Shown here: piece after piece, positions 26,871 to 36,485 of the stretch
How positions within the stretch are numbered: the stretch's first letter is position 1
Layout: the number at the start of each line of letters is the position of its first letter
NCBI GenBank assembly: GCA_049604295.1
Contig: JBMYTL010000005.1
Coordinates: 907-64,906 of the forward strand
Length of the DNA: 64,000 bases
Direction: 5' to 3'
Source: Gammaproteobacteria bacterium
GTDB taxonomy: Bacteria > Pseudomonadota > Gammaproteobacteria > JACKNK01
Position numbers and translations under genes: made by a program
The notes under the pieces: model-generated
Told to the model about the DNA's origin: nothing
What the model saw: only the letters and a program-made list of their open reading frames with translations
Databases searched by the model: none

Positions 26871-27920
26871 ATGCCCACACTCAGCAATCCCCAGGGTTCC
26901 CTGTTCATAGAGCTCGATATCGCTCCCAGCATGGAGGACACCGTCACCGGATGGTTGGCCCAGCAGCAGATGGGACATGCGCGCACGGCCATCAACGAGC
27001 AGGTGATCGCCGGTAACGGCGTTATCCGAGGCGCTGATGGTGATGTTCTGCACTGTTCATTCGCCAGTGCGGGCGCGGCGTTTGATGTTGCCGTGGGGAT
27101 ACTGGAATGGTTCCGGGAAGCCTCCATGGATCCCGAGCAGGATATCGATGGAAGTGCCTGCATCGCGCTGGCCTACGGACCGGTGGAGGTCTCGGATGCC
27201 TGCCAGATCAGCGGGGAGGGACTGACCTCCGCGGGTGTGTTACTCACCTCGGCGGGGCCCGGAGAAGTCGTTGTCTCAGCTTCCGCGGCGGATGCGCTGG
27301 CCGGGCACGAGCGCGCCTCTGAGTTGGTGGAAATCGACAACCCTCCCGAGGCCGGTGCACGGCATCTGGTGGTCGATGCCCGCCAGCGCGGCGAAAGCGC
27401 GACCCGCCATATGGATCCCCCCGTTTCGGTTCCCTCGGGCTCTGCGGACGCCCCCCCGGAGGCGCAGACGGTCGATGCGGAGGATTCCGCTGATCTTGAC
27501 ATCAGCGAACTGGAGGATGCGGCTGGAGAGGCCTCTGTTGATGCTGGATCGGGTGGTGTCCCGGACGGCGCGGATTCCTCCCGCTCAGAGACCGCCGGGC
27601 CGCGAATCTCGCTGGTCATTGGCGACAAGACCTATCGCTTCGGTGCGGATACCAACCCGGTGTGGATTGGGCGGTCGAGTGATTGTCACGTCGTCATCCC
27701 CCATCCCCATGTGTCCCGTCGACACGCCCAGCTGCAGTGGAACGGCAGCGAAGTCACACTGGTGAACCTCAGTGCCAACGGCAGTTCAGTGCGCTTCGAT
27801 GATGAGGCCGAGGGGGATATTCACCAGGCCCCGGTGAGCCTGAGCCGAGGCGGCGAGATCGCCCTGGCCGGTACCTTCCAGGCGGATTCCGAACGCGTGA
27901 TCCGGTTCACCATCGAGTGA
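26871..27920 (+). CDS. Degenerate class III nucleotidyl-cyclase-like domain fused to an FHA domain
   Basis: GDVLHCSF...AAFDVA...IALAYGPV...AGPGEVVVS follows the cyclase layout. Acidic linker, then FHA motifs IGR, VSRRH, SANGS. Confidence 0.75.
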   Translation: MPTLSNPQGSLFIELDIAPSMEDTVTGWLAQQQMGHARTAINEQVIAGNGVIRGADGDVLHCSFASAGAAFDVAVGILEWFREASMDPEQDIDGSACIALAYGPVEVSDACQISGEGLTSAGVLLTSAGPGEVVVSASAADALAGHERASELVEIDNPPEAGARHLVVDARQRGESATRHMDPPVSVPSGSADAPPEAQTVDAEDSADLDISELEDAAGEASVDAGSGGVPDGADSSRSETAGPRISLVIGDKTYRFGADTNPVWIGRSSDCHVVIPHPHVSRRHAQLQWNGSEVTLVNLSANGSSVRFDDEAEGDIHQAPVSLSRGGEIALAGTFQADSERVIRFTIE

Positions 27921-28070
27921 GCCCACGTTTTTCCCTGGGCCGAAACACGCGCCTGGCGTTTCGATCGGGCCTGATCGCCGGTCAGGCATCCGCGATGCCG
28001 ACCTGGGGCGGTGTCGGATTTGCAACCGACTCGCCTGGAATACGCAGGTAAAACTTGTTCTCAGACTTGG

Positions 28071-28108
28071 GTACAGGAGAGGGTTTTTTCCTGTACAATC
28101 CGCGCCCC
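28071..28108 (+). promoter_or_regulatory. Candidate promoter with an overlapping inverted repeat
   Basis: GTACAGGA-N10-TCCTGTAC overlapping a TACAAT -10 hexamer, followed by GC-rich CCGCGCCCC. Confidence 0.5.
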
Positions 28109-28140
28109 GAATTTTCACGCCCCCCTAACCCGGAGACACG

Positions 28141-28890
28141 ATGAGTCAATCCGAAATCGAGCTGCAGCTGGATGTCTGGAAAAACCTGGCAATCAGCAAG
28201 CAGGTGTTGATGAGCACCGCGACCGAGGCCCTTGGTCTCGAGGCCGATTGTTCTCCCGAAGAACTCAAAGAGGCCATGAACAAGGCGATCGCCCGTGCCA
28301 AAGCAGCCGATGACAAGGTCGCCAATGCCGAAGCCGCCATTGCCGACAAATTGGCCGAACTGGAAGAGCGCACCAAGAAGGCGGAACTGGAGCGCAAGCA
28401 GGCCGTCGCCGAGCGTGACGCCTCTGTAGCCGCAAAGGATGCCGCTGAGAAACGCACCGAAGATGCGCGGGCTGCTCATGCCGAGGAGCAGAAGCGCACC
28501 AAGGAACAGCTGGCCGAGAAACAGCGCGAGCTCAAGCAGATCCACAAGGTCCTCGCCGATTCGCCCGAGAACGTGGTGAAGAAGCTCAAGGCCCTGAAGA
28601 AGCAGAAAAGCGATGAAGCTGACGCGCGCAAGCGTGCCGAGGCTGATGCACGCAAGCAGCGCAAGGAAAAACAGGACAACGAGAAAAAGGTCGAGGAACT
28701 CAAGGCCGTCCTGAAGCAGGCCAATGAGCAACTCGATACCCTGCGTTCGCTTCACGATCAGGCCACGGCCCAGCGTGAGCAGTTGGTGGGGCTGGTCGAT
28801 GACGCCGACAGTCTCCCGGAAGTGCCCGCATTGGACGAGACTGTCCTGGATGCCATCGCTGAGGCTGCCGGAGCGGACTCAGAGAGCTGA
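28141..28890 (+). CDS. Long coiled-coil hypothetical protein
   Basis: K/E/A-rich heptad pattern over most of its length; GGAG RBS. Confidence 0.8.
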   Translation: MSQSEIELQLDVWKNLAISKQVLMSTATEALGLEADCSPEELKEAMNKAIARAKAADDKVANAEAAIADKLAELEERTKKAELERKQAVAERDASVAAKDAAEKRTEDARAAHAEEQKRTKEQLAEKQRELKQIHKVLADSPENVVKKLKALKKQKSDEADARKRAEADARKQRKEKQDNEKKVEELKAVLKQANEQLDTLRSLHDQATAQREQLVGLVDDADSLPEVPALDETVLDAIAEAAGADSES

Positions 28891-29159
28891 TGTCGCCGGG
28901 GTGCCGGCACGCTGGGGGGCAGCCGGTGCCTCGTCCACTGTCTGATTCGTTGGTGCGACGTCCTTGCCCGGAAGGTGAATGATCTTCGTGAGTGCAGGTG
29001 GCCTCACATGCCCAACCGGGACACCGACCCGCCTTGGCGGGTATCGATACACCCGCGGACCGATCGCGAACCCCCGATCGGCGCGAGATCGGGTGTACGG
29101 GGAAGAACGGGCATGATCTACACCACATGTCAGCCCGTCGGAACCGGGCGGTTGATCTG

Positions 29160-30692
29160 ATGCGACTGCCTCTGCCCTTGAGGATGCTCGTGCCAGTGCT
29201 TGCGGCCTTCGCCGGGGCCCTGTTCATCCTACTGGTGCTGTTCGTCACGGACCTGGGTCTGTCCGTACGTGAGCGTCTGATTGCTCTATCCCCTGAACTG
29301 GCTCTGGCCTATCTGGCGGGTTTGGTGATCGCGGCCCTGGCCATCATCGTTTTGGTGGTGCGCCTGCTGCGCCCGCCCGGGGGCACGAGCCCCGCCCGCG
29401 CTGGCGGTACGGTGATCGGTGAGTCGGCCCTGCGTGAGCGCACGGCACGTGCGAGGGAGGCAGGCGCTGATACCCGTGCTGTAGAGGATGAGCTTGCTGA
29501 GTTGGATCGGCGTCGTGCCTTGCCCGCGCTGCACCTGGTCGTCTTCGGCCGGGTCAGCACGGGCAAGAGCTCATTGGTACGCGCCCTCATCCCCGGCGCT
29601 GAGCCTGAGATCAGCGCCCGTACCGGAACGACGACGGCATTGACGTGCTACCAGTGGCGCTTTGGTGATGGCCCTGATCTGGTCATTACTGACATGCCGG
29701 GAACGGGAGAGCCGGATATGGAGGGCGGTGGGGATGCCCGGGGCGTACTCGCGACGGAGGAGGCACAACGGGCCCATGGTGTGCTGTACCTGGCGGAAGG
29801 GGATCTGAGCAGGGAGCAATGGCGTGGCGTCGATTTCCTCGCGTCCCTGGGCAAGCCCTTGATCGTGGTGCTCAACAAATCAGATATGTGGTCGCGTGAC
29901 GACCGCCATCTCATCGGCGAACGGGTGCGCGGCCGGTTGCGCGAATCCGGCCACGGTGACACCCCCGTCGTGTTCGCATCGGCCGGCGGGCGGCAGGAAA
30001 TCGTGCGCGTTGATGCCTCCGGAACGGAGCACGTGCTGGAGCGGGAGAGGCCTGCCGATCTGCGTGAGGTGCGCGCCGCCCTGCGGGGCATGCTGGCGAC
30101 CCTGTCCCCCGACGATGGGGGAGGCGATGCGTTTCTCGCCCTGATCGCGAGCAGGTTGGACGAGGCGGAACGGAGCCATCGCCAGACCGAGGGTGACCGG
30201 ATCGTCCGTGGGTCGACCCGCAAGGCCGTTTTCGGCGCACTGGCGGCGGTTTCACCGGGCACGGATGTGCTGGTGCAGGGGTACCTCGGATACGACATGG
30301 TGCGGGGCCTGTGCGCGTTGTACGGGGTTCAGGTGAGACGTATCGAGATCACCCGTCTGCTGGAGCAGGCCCACGAGCAGACCCGTACGCGCCTGCCATT
30401 GGTTCTGGCCATTGCCGGAAATGCACTCAAGGCTTTTCCCGGCCTCGGAACCCTCGTGGGCGGCGTCACCCACGCCATTGCCTACGGATTGATATTCGAT
30501 ACCCTCGGGCGCGCGGTGGCGCGTACCCTCGAGGAACAGGGACGGTTTTCCATCGAACCCACTCTGCAACGATTCGAGGTGGATCTTGACGACGATTTGG
30601 AAGCGCGCGCGACAACAGTGGCGGCGGTTGCGCGGGACGTCCTCAAGGAGCGGGGAGAACGTCTCGCAGGCCCTGACCGCCCCGGTTCCTGA
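29160..30692 (+). CDS. Era-like GTPase with N-terminal TM helices and a YcjF/DUF697-like C-terminus
   Basis: G1 GRVSTGKS, G3 DMPG, G4 NKSD; AVSPGTDVLVQ...LCALYG. Confidence 0.85.
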   Translation: MRLPLPLRMLVPVLAAFAGALFILLVLFVTDLGLSVRERLIALSPELALAYLAGLVIAALAIIVLVVRLLRPPGGTSPARAGGTVIGESALRERTARAREAGADTRAVEDELAELDRRRALPALHLVVFGRVSTGKSSLVRALIPGAEPEISARTGTTTALTCYQWRFGDGPDLVITDMPGTGEPDMEGGGDARGVLATEEAQRAHGVLYLAEGDLSREQWRGVDFLASLGKPLIVVLNKSDMWSRDDRHLIGERVRGRLRESGHGDTPVVFASAGGRQEIVRVDASGTEHVLERERPADLREVRAALRGMLATLSPDDGGGDAFLALIASRLDEAERSHRQTEGDRIVRGSTRKAVFGALAAVSPGTDVLVQGYLGYDMVRGLCALYGVQVRRIEITRLLEQAHEQTRTRLPLVLAIAGNALKAFPGLGTLVGGVTHAIAYGLIFDTLGRAVARTLEEQGRFSIEPTLQRFEVDLDDDLEARATTVAAVARDVLKERGERLAGPDRPGS

Positions 30693-31989
30693 AGGCCATG
30701 ATGGGCGCGGCGACACGCACCTTGCGCGGGCCCGTGACAGCCTCAGTGCCTTGCTGGTCGACCGGCGCCTGCCCGCGCACCTGCGCGAAGGGCTGGAAGC
30801 GGATTTCCAGCAGGTGGGGGCCATGTTGGAGAAATTGGAGCAGGGGCATATCCATATCGCCGTGTTCGGTCGCGTGGGGGTGGGTAAGTCCGCCCTGCTC
30901 AACGCGATATTGGGGGAGCGCAGGTTTCGTACCGGGGCACTGCACGGTGAGACCACCGGTGCTCAATACGAGGCCTGGCAGGGCGTCGATAGCGAGGGTG
31001 TGTACCTGATTGATACGCCCGGGATAAACGAGGTCGGCGGTGAGGAACGTGAGCGCCTGGCCCGGGAGGTGGCGGGACGGGCTGATCTGGTGCTTCTGGT
31101 GGTCGAGGCGGACATCACCGAGCCGGAGCTGGATGCGTTGCGTCGGCTGCGCGCGGAGAACCGTCCCATTCTTCTGGTCTGGAACAAGACCGATCGGTTT
31201 ACGCAGGGTGAACGCGAGCAGGTGCTCAGCAGCCTGCGTCAGCGGACGGCGGGGCTCATACCCGCGAACCACATCGTGACCGCGGCGGCCGAGCCTCTTC
31301 CTCAGACTGTGATCCGGGTGGATGCACAGGGGAAGGAACACGAGGAGGTGCGTGAGCGCATGCCGGACGTGCAGGCCTTGCGCGATCGCCTTTGGCTGAC
31401 CCTGGAAGCCGAAGGGAAGAGTCTCGCGGCGCTCAACGCCAGCCTTTTCGCGGGTCGTCTTTCAGATACTGTGGCGCGGCGCGTGGTCGAAGCGCGCGAA
31501 GATCTGGCGGGACGCGTCATTCAGAGTTATTGCCTTGCCAAGGGCATCTGGGTGGGCGTGAACCCCGTTCCGGTAACGGACCTGGCCGCGGCATTGTTGG
31601 TCGACGCCGGCATGGTGGTGCACCTGTCACGGGTATACGGGATACCCATGACCCGGACCCAGGCCGGCTCTCTGGTCAAAACGATCACTGCCCAGATGGC
31701 ATTGCTGATGGGCACGGTTTGGGCGGTGCACCTCGCATCTTCCATTCTCAAAAGTGGCAGCCTCGGGCTTTCGACCCTGATTACCGGTACCGCCCAGGGG
31801 GCCGTGGCCTGGTATGCGACCCACGTGGTCGGTAAGGCCGCACGGCGGTATTTCGCGGCCGGTGGTTCCTGGGGAGAAGACGGGCCCAAGCGGGTGGTGG
31901 AGTCCATCCTGGAGGAAGTGGATCGCGATTCGCTGCTAGACGAGGCCCGCGATGCGATTCGCGGACGCCTGCGCCAGGTGATCCATTGA
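30586..31989 (+). CDS. Second Era-like GTPase with a YcjF/DUF697-like C-terminus
   Basis: G1 GRVGVGKS, G3 DTPG, G4 NKTD; VNPVPVTDL...LSRVYG. Start uncertain. Confidence 0.85.
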   Translation: MTTIWKRARQQWRRLRGTSSRSGENVSQALTAPVPEGHDGRGDTHLARARDSLSALLVDRRLPAHLREGLEADFQQVGAMLEKLEQGHIHIAVFGRVGVGKSALLNAILGERRFRTGALHGETTGAQYEAWQGVDSEGVYLIDTPGINEVGGEERERLAREVAGRADLVLLVVEADITEPELDALRRLRAENRPILLVWNKTDRFTQGEREQVLSSLRQRTAGLIPANHIVTAAAEPLPQTVIRVDAQGKEHEEVRERMPDVQALRDRLWLTLEAEGKSLAALNASLFAGRLSDTVARRVVEAREDLAGRVIQSYCLAKGIWVGVNPVPVTDLAAALLVDAGMVVHLSRVYGIPMTRTQAGSLVKTITAQMALLMGTVWAVHLASSILKSGSLGLSTLITGTAQGAVAWYATHVVGKAARRYFAAGGSWGEDGPKRVVESILEEVDRDSLLDEARDAIRGRLRQVIH

Positions 31990-32144
31990 TCGGATTGATC
32001 CGCTGAATCAGGAGGGCGGCAGGTCGCACGTACGATCGTTCTGTCCGTAAGAGGCGTGAGTAGAGCGCGCGTTCGGCATAGGATAGGGCGCCCGCTGGGT
32101 CGGGCATCTACTAACGGCGGATTCGAACAAAGGACAGGGCCACT

Positions 32145-32819
32145 GTGATGATCAACATCATCGTACTGGAACAGAATGAGGTGATTTCCGAATCACACCT
32201 GGAGGAGCATGGCACCCTCAGTGTGGGCCGGGCTCCCGGTTGTGACATCGTGTTGGCCCATCCCGGGGTCAGTTCGCTGCATGCTGAGTTCAGCTACCAC
32301 TTCGCCCCCTTCGTGGAGGACAAGGGCAGCACCAACGGGACCTTCGTGAACGGCAAGCGGGTGTCACGGACGCTGCTCATGAGTCGTGACCGGGTCAGCA
32401 TCGGTCCGTTCACCCTGCAGGTCAGCAACCGACCGCTGGCAAGTACGGCGGAACCGGACAAGACCATGATCTTCCAGACTCCGCACGTGGAGACGCCGGA
32501 GCCCGGCATATTGATGCTCAGCGGGGAACTGCGTGGCTCCGTGCTGGATCTGAAAGACCCCTTCGCCACCCTCGGGCAGCCGGGGCAACACGCGGCCCTG
32601 GTCATGCGCAAGGCCAATGGCTACAGCGTCAGCAACATCCGCAGCTCCAATCCCAATGCCGGCGAACTCGCGACGGTCAACGGGGAGTACATCCCGGAAG
32701 CCGGACGTATGCTCTACGATCAGGATCTGCTGATCGTGGGCGGTGTGACCATGAAGTTCTTCGCTGACATCCGCGAGGTGAAGACCGGGTCCGGGATGGT
32801 GGGTAGCAGCTTCGGCTGA
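32145..32819 (+). CDS. FHA-domain protein (one intact FHA plus a degenerate second FHA-like domain)
   Basis: VGR, VSSLH, STNGTFVNG; linker EPDKTMIF. Confidence 0.88.
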   Translation: MMINIIVLEQNEVISESHLEEHGTLSVGRAPGCDIVLAHPGVSSLHAEFSYHFAPFVEDKGSTNGTFVNGKRVSRTLLMSRDRVSIGPFTLQVSNRPLASTAEPDKTMIFQTPHVETPEPGILMLSGELRGSVLDLKDPFATLGQPGQHAALVMRKANGYSVSNIRSSNPNAGELATVNGEYIPEAGRMLYDQDLLIVGGVTMKFFADIREVKTGSGMVGSSFG

Positions 32820-32893
32820 TCAGGTTCCTGATTCGGCTACCGACTCCATGGGGTGATGGTCCGGCCGCCGGGGCCCGATCACCGGGGCTGTCA

Positions 32894-33970
32894 TCAATTG
32901 GAGGTGGTGAGGATTATTTCGGCGCCCTGATGGGCCCCGTCCGCGACAAATCCCCGGCCCCGGCCAGAGGCCAACAACGTGGTCAGGGGCTGGCTTATGT
33001 CACCCGCCATGAGGGCATCGGGGTGCACGATTTCCAGAGGGCAATGCTGCCGAAACCAGGTCATCAGTGCGGGTTCCTCGGGCCAGTCACCACGCGGGGG
33101 CGTGAGGATGGGGACCCCGGCCTGAGCCGCCTCGGTGAACAGCCCATAGCCCGGTTTGGCGATCAGCGCATCCACGGACGCGACCAGGGTCTGAAAGTCG
33201 AAGGGCAAAGCCCATGAGCGGTGGCAGCGCGGTCCCAGGTCCTCCCAGCCACGGGGCATCAGCCAATGTACGCCCGCGAGATCGGGCCATCGGCGAGGTC
33301 GGTCCCGCCAATTCACGCCGCCGGGACTGACCAGGATGATCCGATCGTTGCCGTCGGCGCCAAGGGCCGCGGCGAGTTCGGCACGGCGTGATTCAACCGG
33401 CGCGACCAGGGGGCCGATGTCGCGCACAGCGTGCAGTTCTTCCATGGGCATCGCGGGTGCGCAGCGGAGGAAGGCTCGGCCCTGGTCATAGGCAGTGACG
33501 ATCTGCTGTTCGATCCGCCGCGCCGTTTCTTTCCCGAGCGCACCGCAGTAGTGCCGGAACAGTCCGGCCCAATTCAGTGAGCAGACACCGAAGGCCGGAA
33601 TATCCAATGAAGCCGCGGCCGCGAGCGGCAGGTAGGGGACATCGCCGATGACCAGGGATGCGCGCCGGGTACGCAGCAGTTCGCATTGAAATTCGAGGGC
33701 CTCGTCCCACCGCTCATGCAGGGTCCGGTAGGCCTCGAACGTTGCCTGACGACGCACGCTCAGGGGGCCGTCCATGAGCATGCCGAGATCCGGAGCCACG
33801 GGAACGGTGTGGCGGCAGGCCGGAATGCGCTCCCTGATCTGGCCGATCGGGGCGGTGCTCTGCACGATCACGGTCAGGTCGGGGCGTCTGTGATGGAGGG
33901 CGTTGACCAGGGGCGCGACCTGGCTCAGATGCCCGAGGCCGTGCCCCGAGGTGGCGACAAACAGGCGCAC
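32894..33970 (-). CDS. GT-B fold glycosyltransferase-like protein
   Basis: SGHGLGHLSQ at the N-terminus; DALIAKPGYGLFTEA...WPEE. Confidence 0.8.
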   Translation of the reverse strand: MRLFVATSGHGLGHLSQVAPLVNALHHRRPDLTVIVQSTAPIGQIRERIPACRHTVPVAPDLGMLMDGPLSVRRQATFEAYRTLHERWDEALEFQCELLRTRRASLVIGDVPYLPLAAAASLDIPAFGVCSLNWAGLFRHYCGALGKETARRIEQQIVTAYDQGRAFLRCAPAMPMEELHAVRDIGPLVAPVESRRAELAAALGADGNDRIILVSPGGVNWRDRPRRWPDLAGVHWLMPRGWEDLGPRCHRSWALPFDFQTLVASVDALIAKPGYGLFTEAAQAGVPILTPPRGDWPEEPALMTWFRQHCPLEIVHPDALMAGDISQPLTTLLASGRGRGFVADGAHQGAEIILTTSN

Positions 33971-33974
33971 GGCC

Positions 33975-34385
33975 TCAATCGCCCAGGTGATCGCGGCTGA
34001 AGCGCTCCGAGTTGTAACGCAGCACGAATACCGCGCCGGTAAGGATCAGGATTGCCACCGAGAGACCGACGACCAGGTCCCAGTCCATGGATTTGATCTC
34101 CACCACCAGGTACCGGGTCACGGCAGTGATCGCGATGTAGATCAGGAAACGGACAGGGAGCTTATGGGTCTTGAAATAGATGCCCACCATGGCCACCAGC
34201 TCGAGGTAGATGAACAGCAACAGGATGTCCTTGAGCGTGGGGTGATGATGGGTCCAGAGAATGAACAGCTCGGCGGCGGCGGACCAGCAGATAGCCGCGC
34301 CGATAACAAACAAAAAGAGCAGGTGGAACACCTCCACCAGGAGGTCACCCAGCTTTTCCACGGGTTTGATCTTGCTCTGAACCAT
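33975..34385 (-). CDS. psiE: Phosphate-starvation-inducible membrane protein PsiE
   Basis: DILLLFIYLELVAMVGIYFKTHKLPVRFLIYIAITAVTR. Confidence 0.88.
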   Translation of the reverse strand: MVQSKIKPVEKLGDLLVEVFHLLFLFVIGAAICWSAAAELFILWTHHHPTLKDILLLFIYLELVAMVGIYFKTHKLPVRFLIYIAITAVTRYLVVEIKSMDWDLVVGLSVAILILTGAVFVLRYNSERFSRDHLGD

Positions 34386-34560
34386 GTCGTGTACGCTTTT
34401 GTTGTGGCGGTTCGCGGGTCCGAGATGATGACACAGGGCGCGTGCGCCGCGCTTAACCTGCGTTTTCCGTCCCGCCCGGCATCGCGGCTACCTGCCGCGG
34501 CGGCCGGGCCGCCAGAGCGAATCATGACCGGCCACCCGAGCGAGGTTTTTGCGTAATTCC

Positions 34561-35238
34561 ATGTGTGGACGCTATGCATTGAGTATCACCGCGGCGCGCC
34601 TTGGCGAATTCTTCAAGGTCGGCGGCGACGCCGTGGCGTCCTCTTTCCAGCCCTCTTACAACGTGGCACCGGGGCAGACGGTCTGGGGATGCCTCGATGA
34701 TGACGGGGGACGCCGACTCGAACCGTTCTCCTGGGGCTTCGTTCCCCCGTGGGCGCGGGTACCGGAGTTCAAGTCGCGATTGATCAATGCGCGTTCCGAG
34801 AGCGCGGCGACCAAGACGGTTTTTCGCGCCGCCTTTCAGAAGAGGCGTTGCCTGGTACCCGCGGATGCGTTCTATGAATGGAAGCCGATGGGATCAGGGA
34901 AGCAGCCCTATTGCATCGCCATGACCGATCGAGAGCCCTTCGCCATCGCGGGTATCTGGGGAACGTGGGTGGATGTGGCGGGTGGGCAACTGCGTTCCTG
35001 TGCGCTGCTGACGACCGCTGCCAACGGCGTCGTGTCGGATCTTCACGAGAGGATGCCGGTGATCCTGCCCGAGAGCGCCTGGGACCGCTGGTTGTCGCCC
35101 GCGTCGGACCTGGATGAGCTGCAATTCCTGATGCGTCCTTTTCCCGACGAAGGGATGCAGGCCTGGCCTGTCGGACGGGGTGTGAACTCAGTCGCCAATG
35201 ACAGTGCAGCTTTGCAGGAGCCGCTAAGGACGTCCTGA
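34561..35238 (+). CDS. SOS response-associated peptidase (SRAP/YedK family)
   Basis: MCGRY start, YNVAP, INARSE, RRCLVPADAFYEW, HERMPVIL. Confidence 0.93.
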   Translation: MCGRYALSITAARLGEFFKVGGDAVASSFQPSYNVAPGQTVWGCLDDDGGRRLEPFSWGFVPPWARVPEFKSRLINARSESAATKTVFRAAFQKRRCLVPADAFYEWKPMGSGKQPYCIAMTDREPFAIAGIWGTWVDVAGGQLRSCALLTTAANGVVSDLHERMPVILPESAWDRWLSPASDLDELQFLMRPFPDEGMQAWPVGRGVNSVANDSAALQEPLRTS

Positions 35239-35249
35239 ACCATTGCGTC

Positions 35250-35293
35250 GCACAAAAAAACGGCGGCTCCGGAGAGCCGCCGTTTTTTTGTGC
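35250..35293. terminator. Bidirectional Rho-independent terminator
   Basis: GCACAAAAAAACGGCGGCTC-CGGA-GAGCCGCCGTTTTTTTGTGC, a perfect inverted repeat between convergent genes. Confidence 0.92.
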
Positions 35294-35335
35294 CCGCCAC
35301 GTGTGGGGCGGGCCGTGTCGCACCCGGGGGTGCGC

Positions 35336-36112
35336 TTACTTGCCGGTCACGTCGACACGGCGGTGCTGGGCCAGGTCGTCACCGGGCACTTCACCCTTGG
35401 CGTCGGTGGAGATCTTGCCACCGTCCACACCCATGCCGGAGAGAGCGGCCTTCACGGCGGCAGCGCGCTTTTCGGACAGAGTCATGTTGAAGGTGTCTCC
35501 ACCGCGCTGGTCGGCAAAGCCGGTGGCGGTGACGCTCTTGATGCCGCCATCGCTCAGTGCGGTGGCGATGGACTTCAGGGTGGCCATGCCTTCAGCACTG
35601 ATGACGGCCTTGCCGGTGTCGAAGAACACGGAGCCGGTGATGGTGGAACAACCGGCGGCGTTCACGGTGTGACCGGCCGGGGTGTTCGGACATGCGTCAT
35701 CGGCGTCGTAGACACCATCGTTGTCGCCATCGAGCTGACAACCCAGGGAATTGACGGTGCGGCCGGCGGGTGTGGTGGGGCAGGCGTCCTTGTCGTCCAT
35801 CACGCCGTCACCGTCTCCGTCCAGGGGGCAGCCCGTGGCATCGACCTTGGTGCCTTTCGGGGTGCCGGGGCACTTATCCATGCGATCAATGACGCCGTCA
35901 CCGTCGCTGTCCTTGGCGCCACACTCGAGAATCATCTTTTCGGAGCTGTAGCTCTGGCCGGTCTGCCAGCACTCGCCGAAGCTGTTCTTCCAGATCTGGC
36001 CGGTGGGGTTCTCCGCGTAGCCTTCGAAGGTGTCGGCGGCAGCAACGCCGGAGGCGACACCGAGGACGATGGCGGCGGCGGCGGAAGTCATGAAGTGGGT
36101 GGTTCGCGTCAT
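35336..36112 (-). CDS. OmpA-family peptidoglycan-binding protein with thrombospondin type 3-like repeats
   Basis: Signal peptide, WKNSFGECW, three DxDxDGVxDxxDxCPxTP repeats, OmpA_C motifs GFAD...NMTLSEKRA...RRVD. Confidence 0.9.
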   Translation of the reverse strand: MTRTTHFMTSAAAAIVLGVASGVAAADTFEGYAENPTGQIWKNSFGECWQTGQSYSSEKMILECGAKDSDGDGVIDRMDKCPGTPKGTKVDATGCPLDGDGDGVMDDKDACPTTPAGRTVNSLGCQLDGDNDGVYDADDACPNTPAGHTVNAAGCSTITGSVFFDTGKAVISAEGMATLKSIATALSDGGIKSVTATGFADQRGGDTFNMTLSEKRAAAVKAALSGMGVDGGKISTDAKGEVPGDDLAQHRRVDVTGK

Positions 36113-36485
36113 TGATGTTCTCCCTGGAGGAAACAGCGGGTAGGAAAGGCGGATGATGAGAATGTTGGGGCGCCCGGTTGAGGGGCTGAACCCGATGGCG
36201 ACATGCCTGGGGCGTGCTTTGAATTCCTTGCGATATGGGTCGTCTTCTGAGCTCTCACGACTCGATGCGATAGTGAGCTTAGCACCGTAGTGCGTCCAGC
36301 TAACAACCCGGAGATTGCCCGTAGACACGGCTCGTACGGCATGTCCTCTGGTGGCCATGCTATGTCGGGGGACCAAGCGTGACTGTTAAGGTTTTTACAC
36401 CCTGGCGCCTGACGGTGAGAGCGTCATCCCTGGCGCTCCGTACCGATATCGGGAAAGGATCTGGAGATCATTCGCGATGCCGCGC

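Noticed and set aside
35660-35915. Repeats within the OmpA-family gene as a novelty
   Set aside because: These are ordinary thrombospondin type 3-like Ca-binding repeats common in OmpA/OprF proteins.
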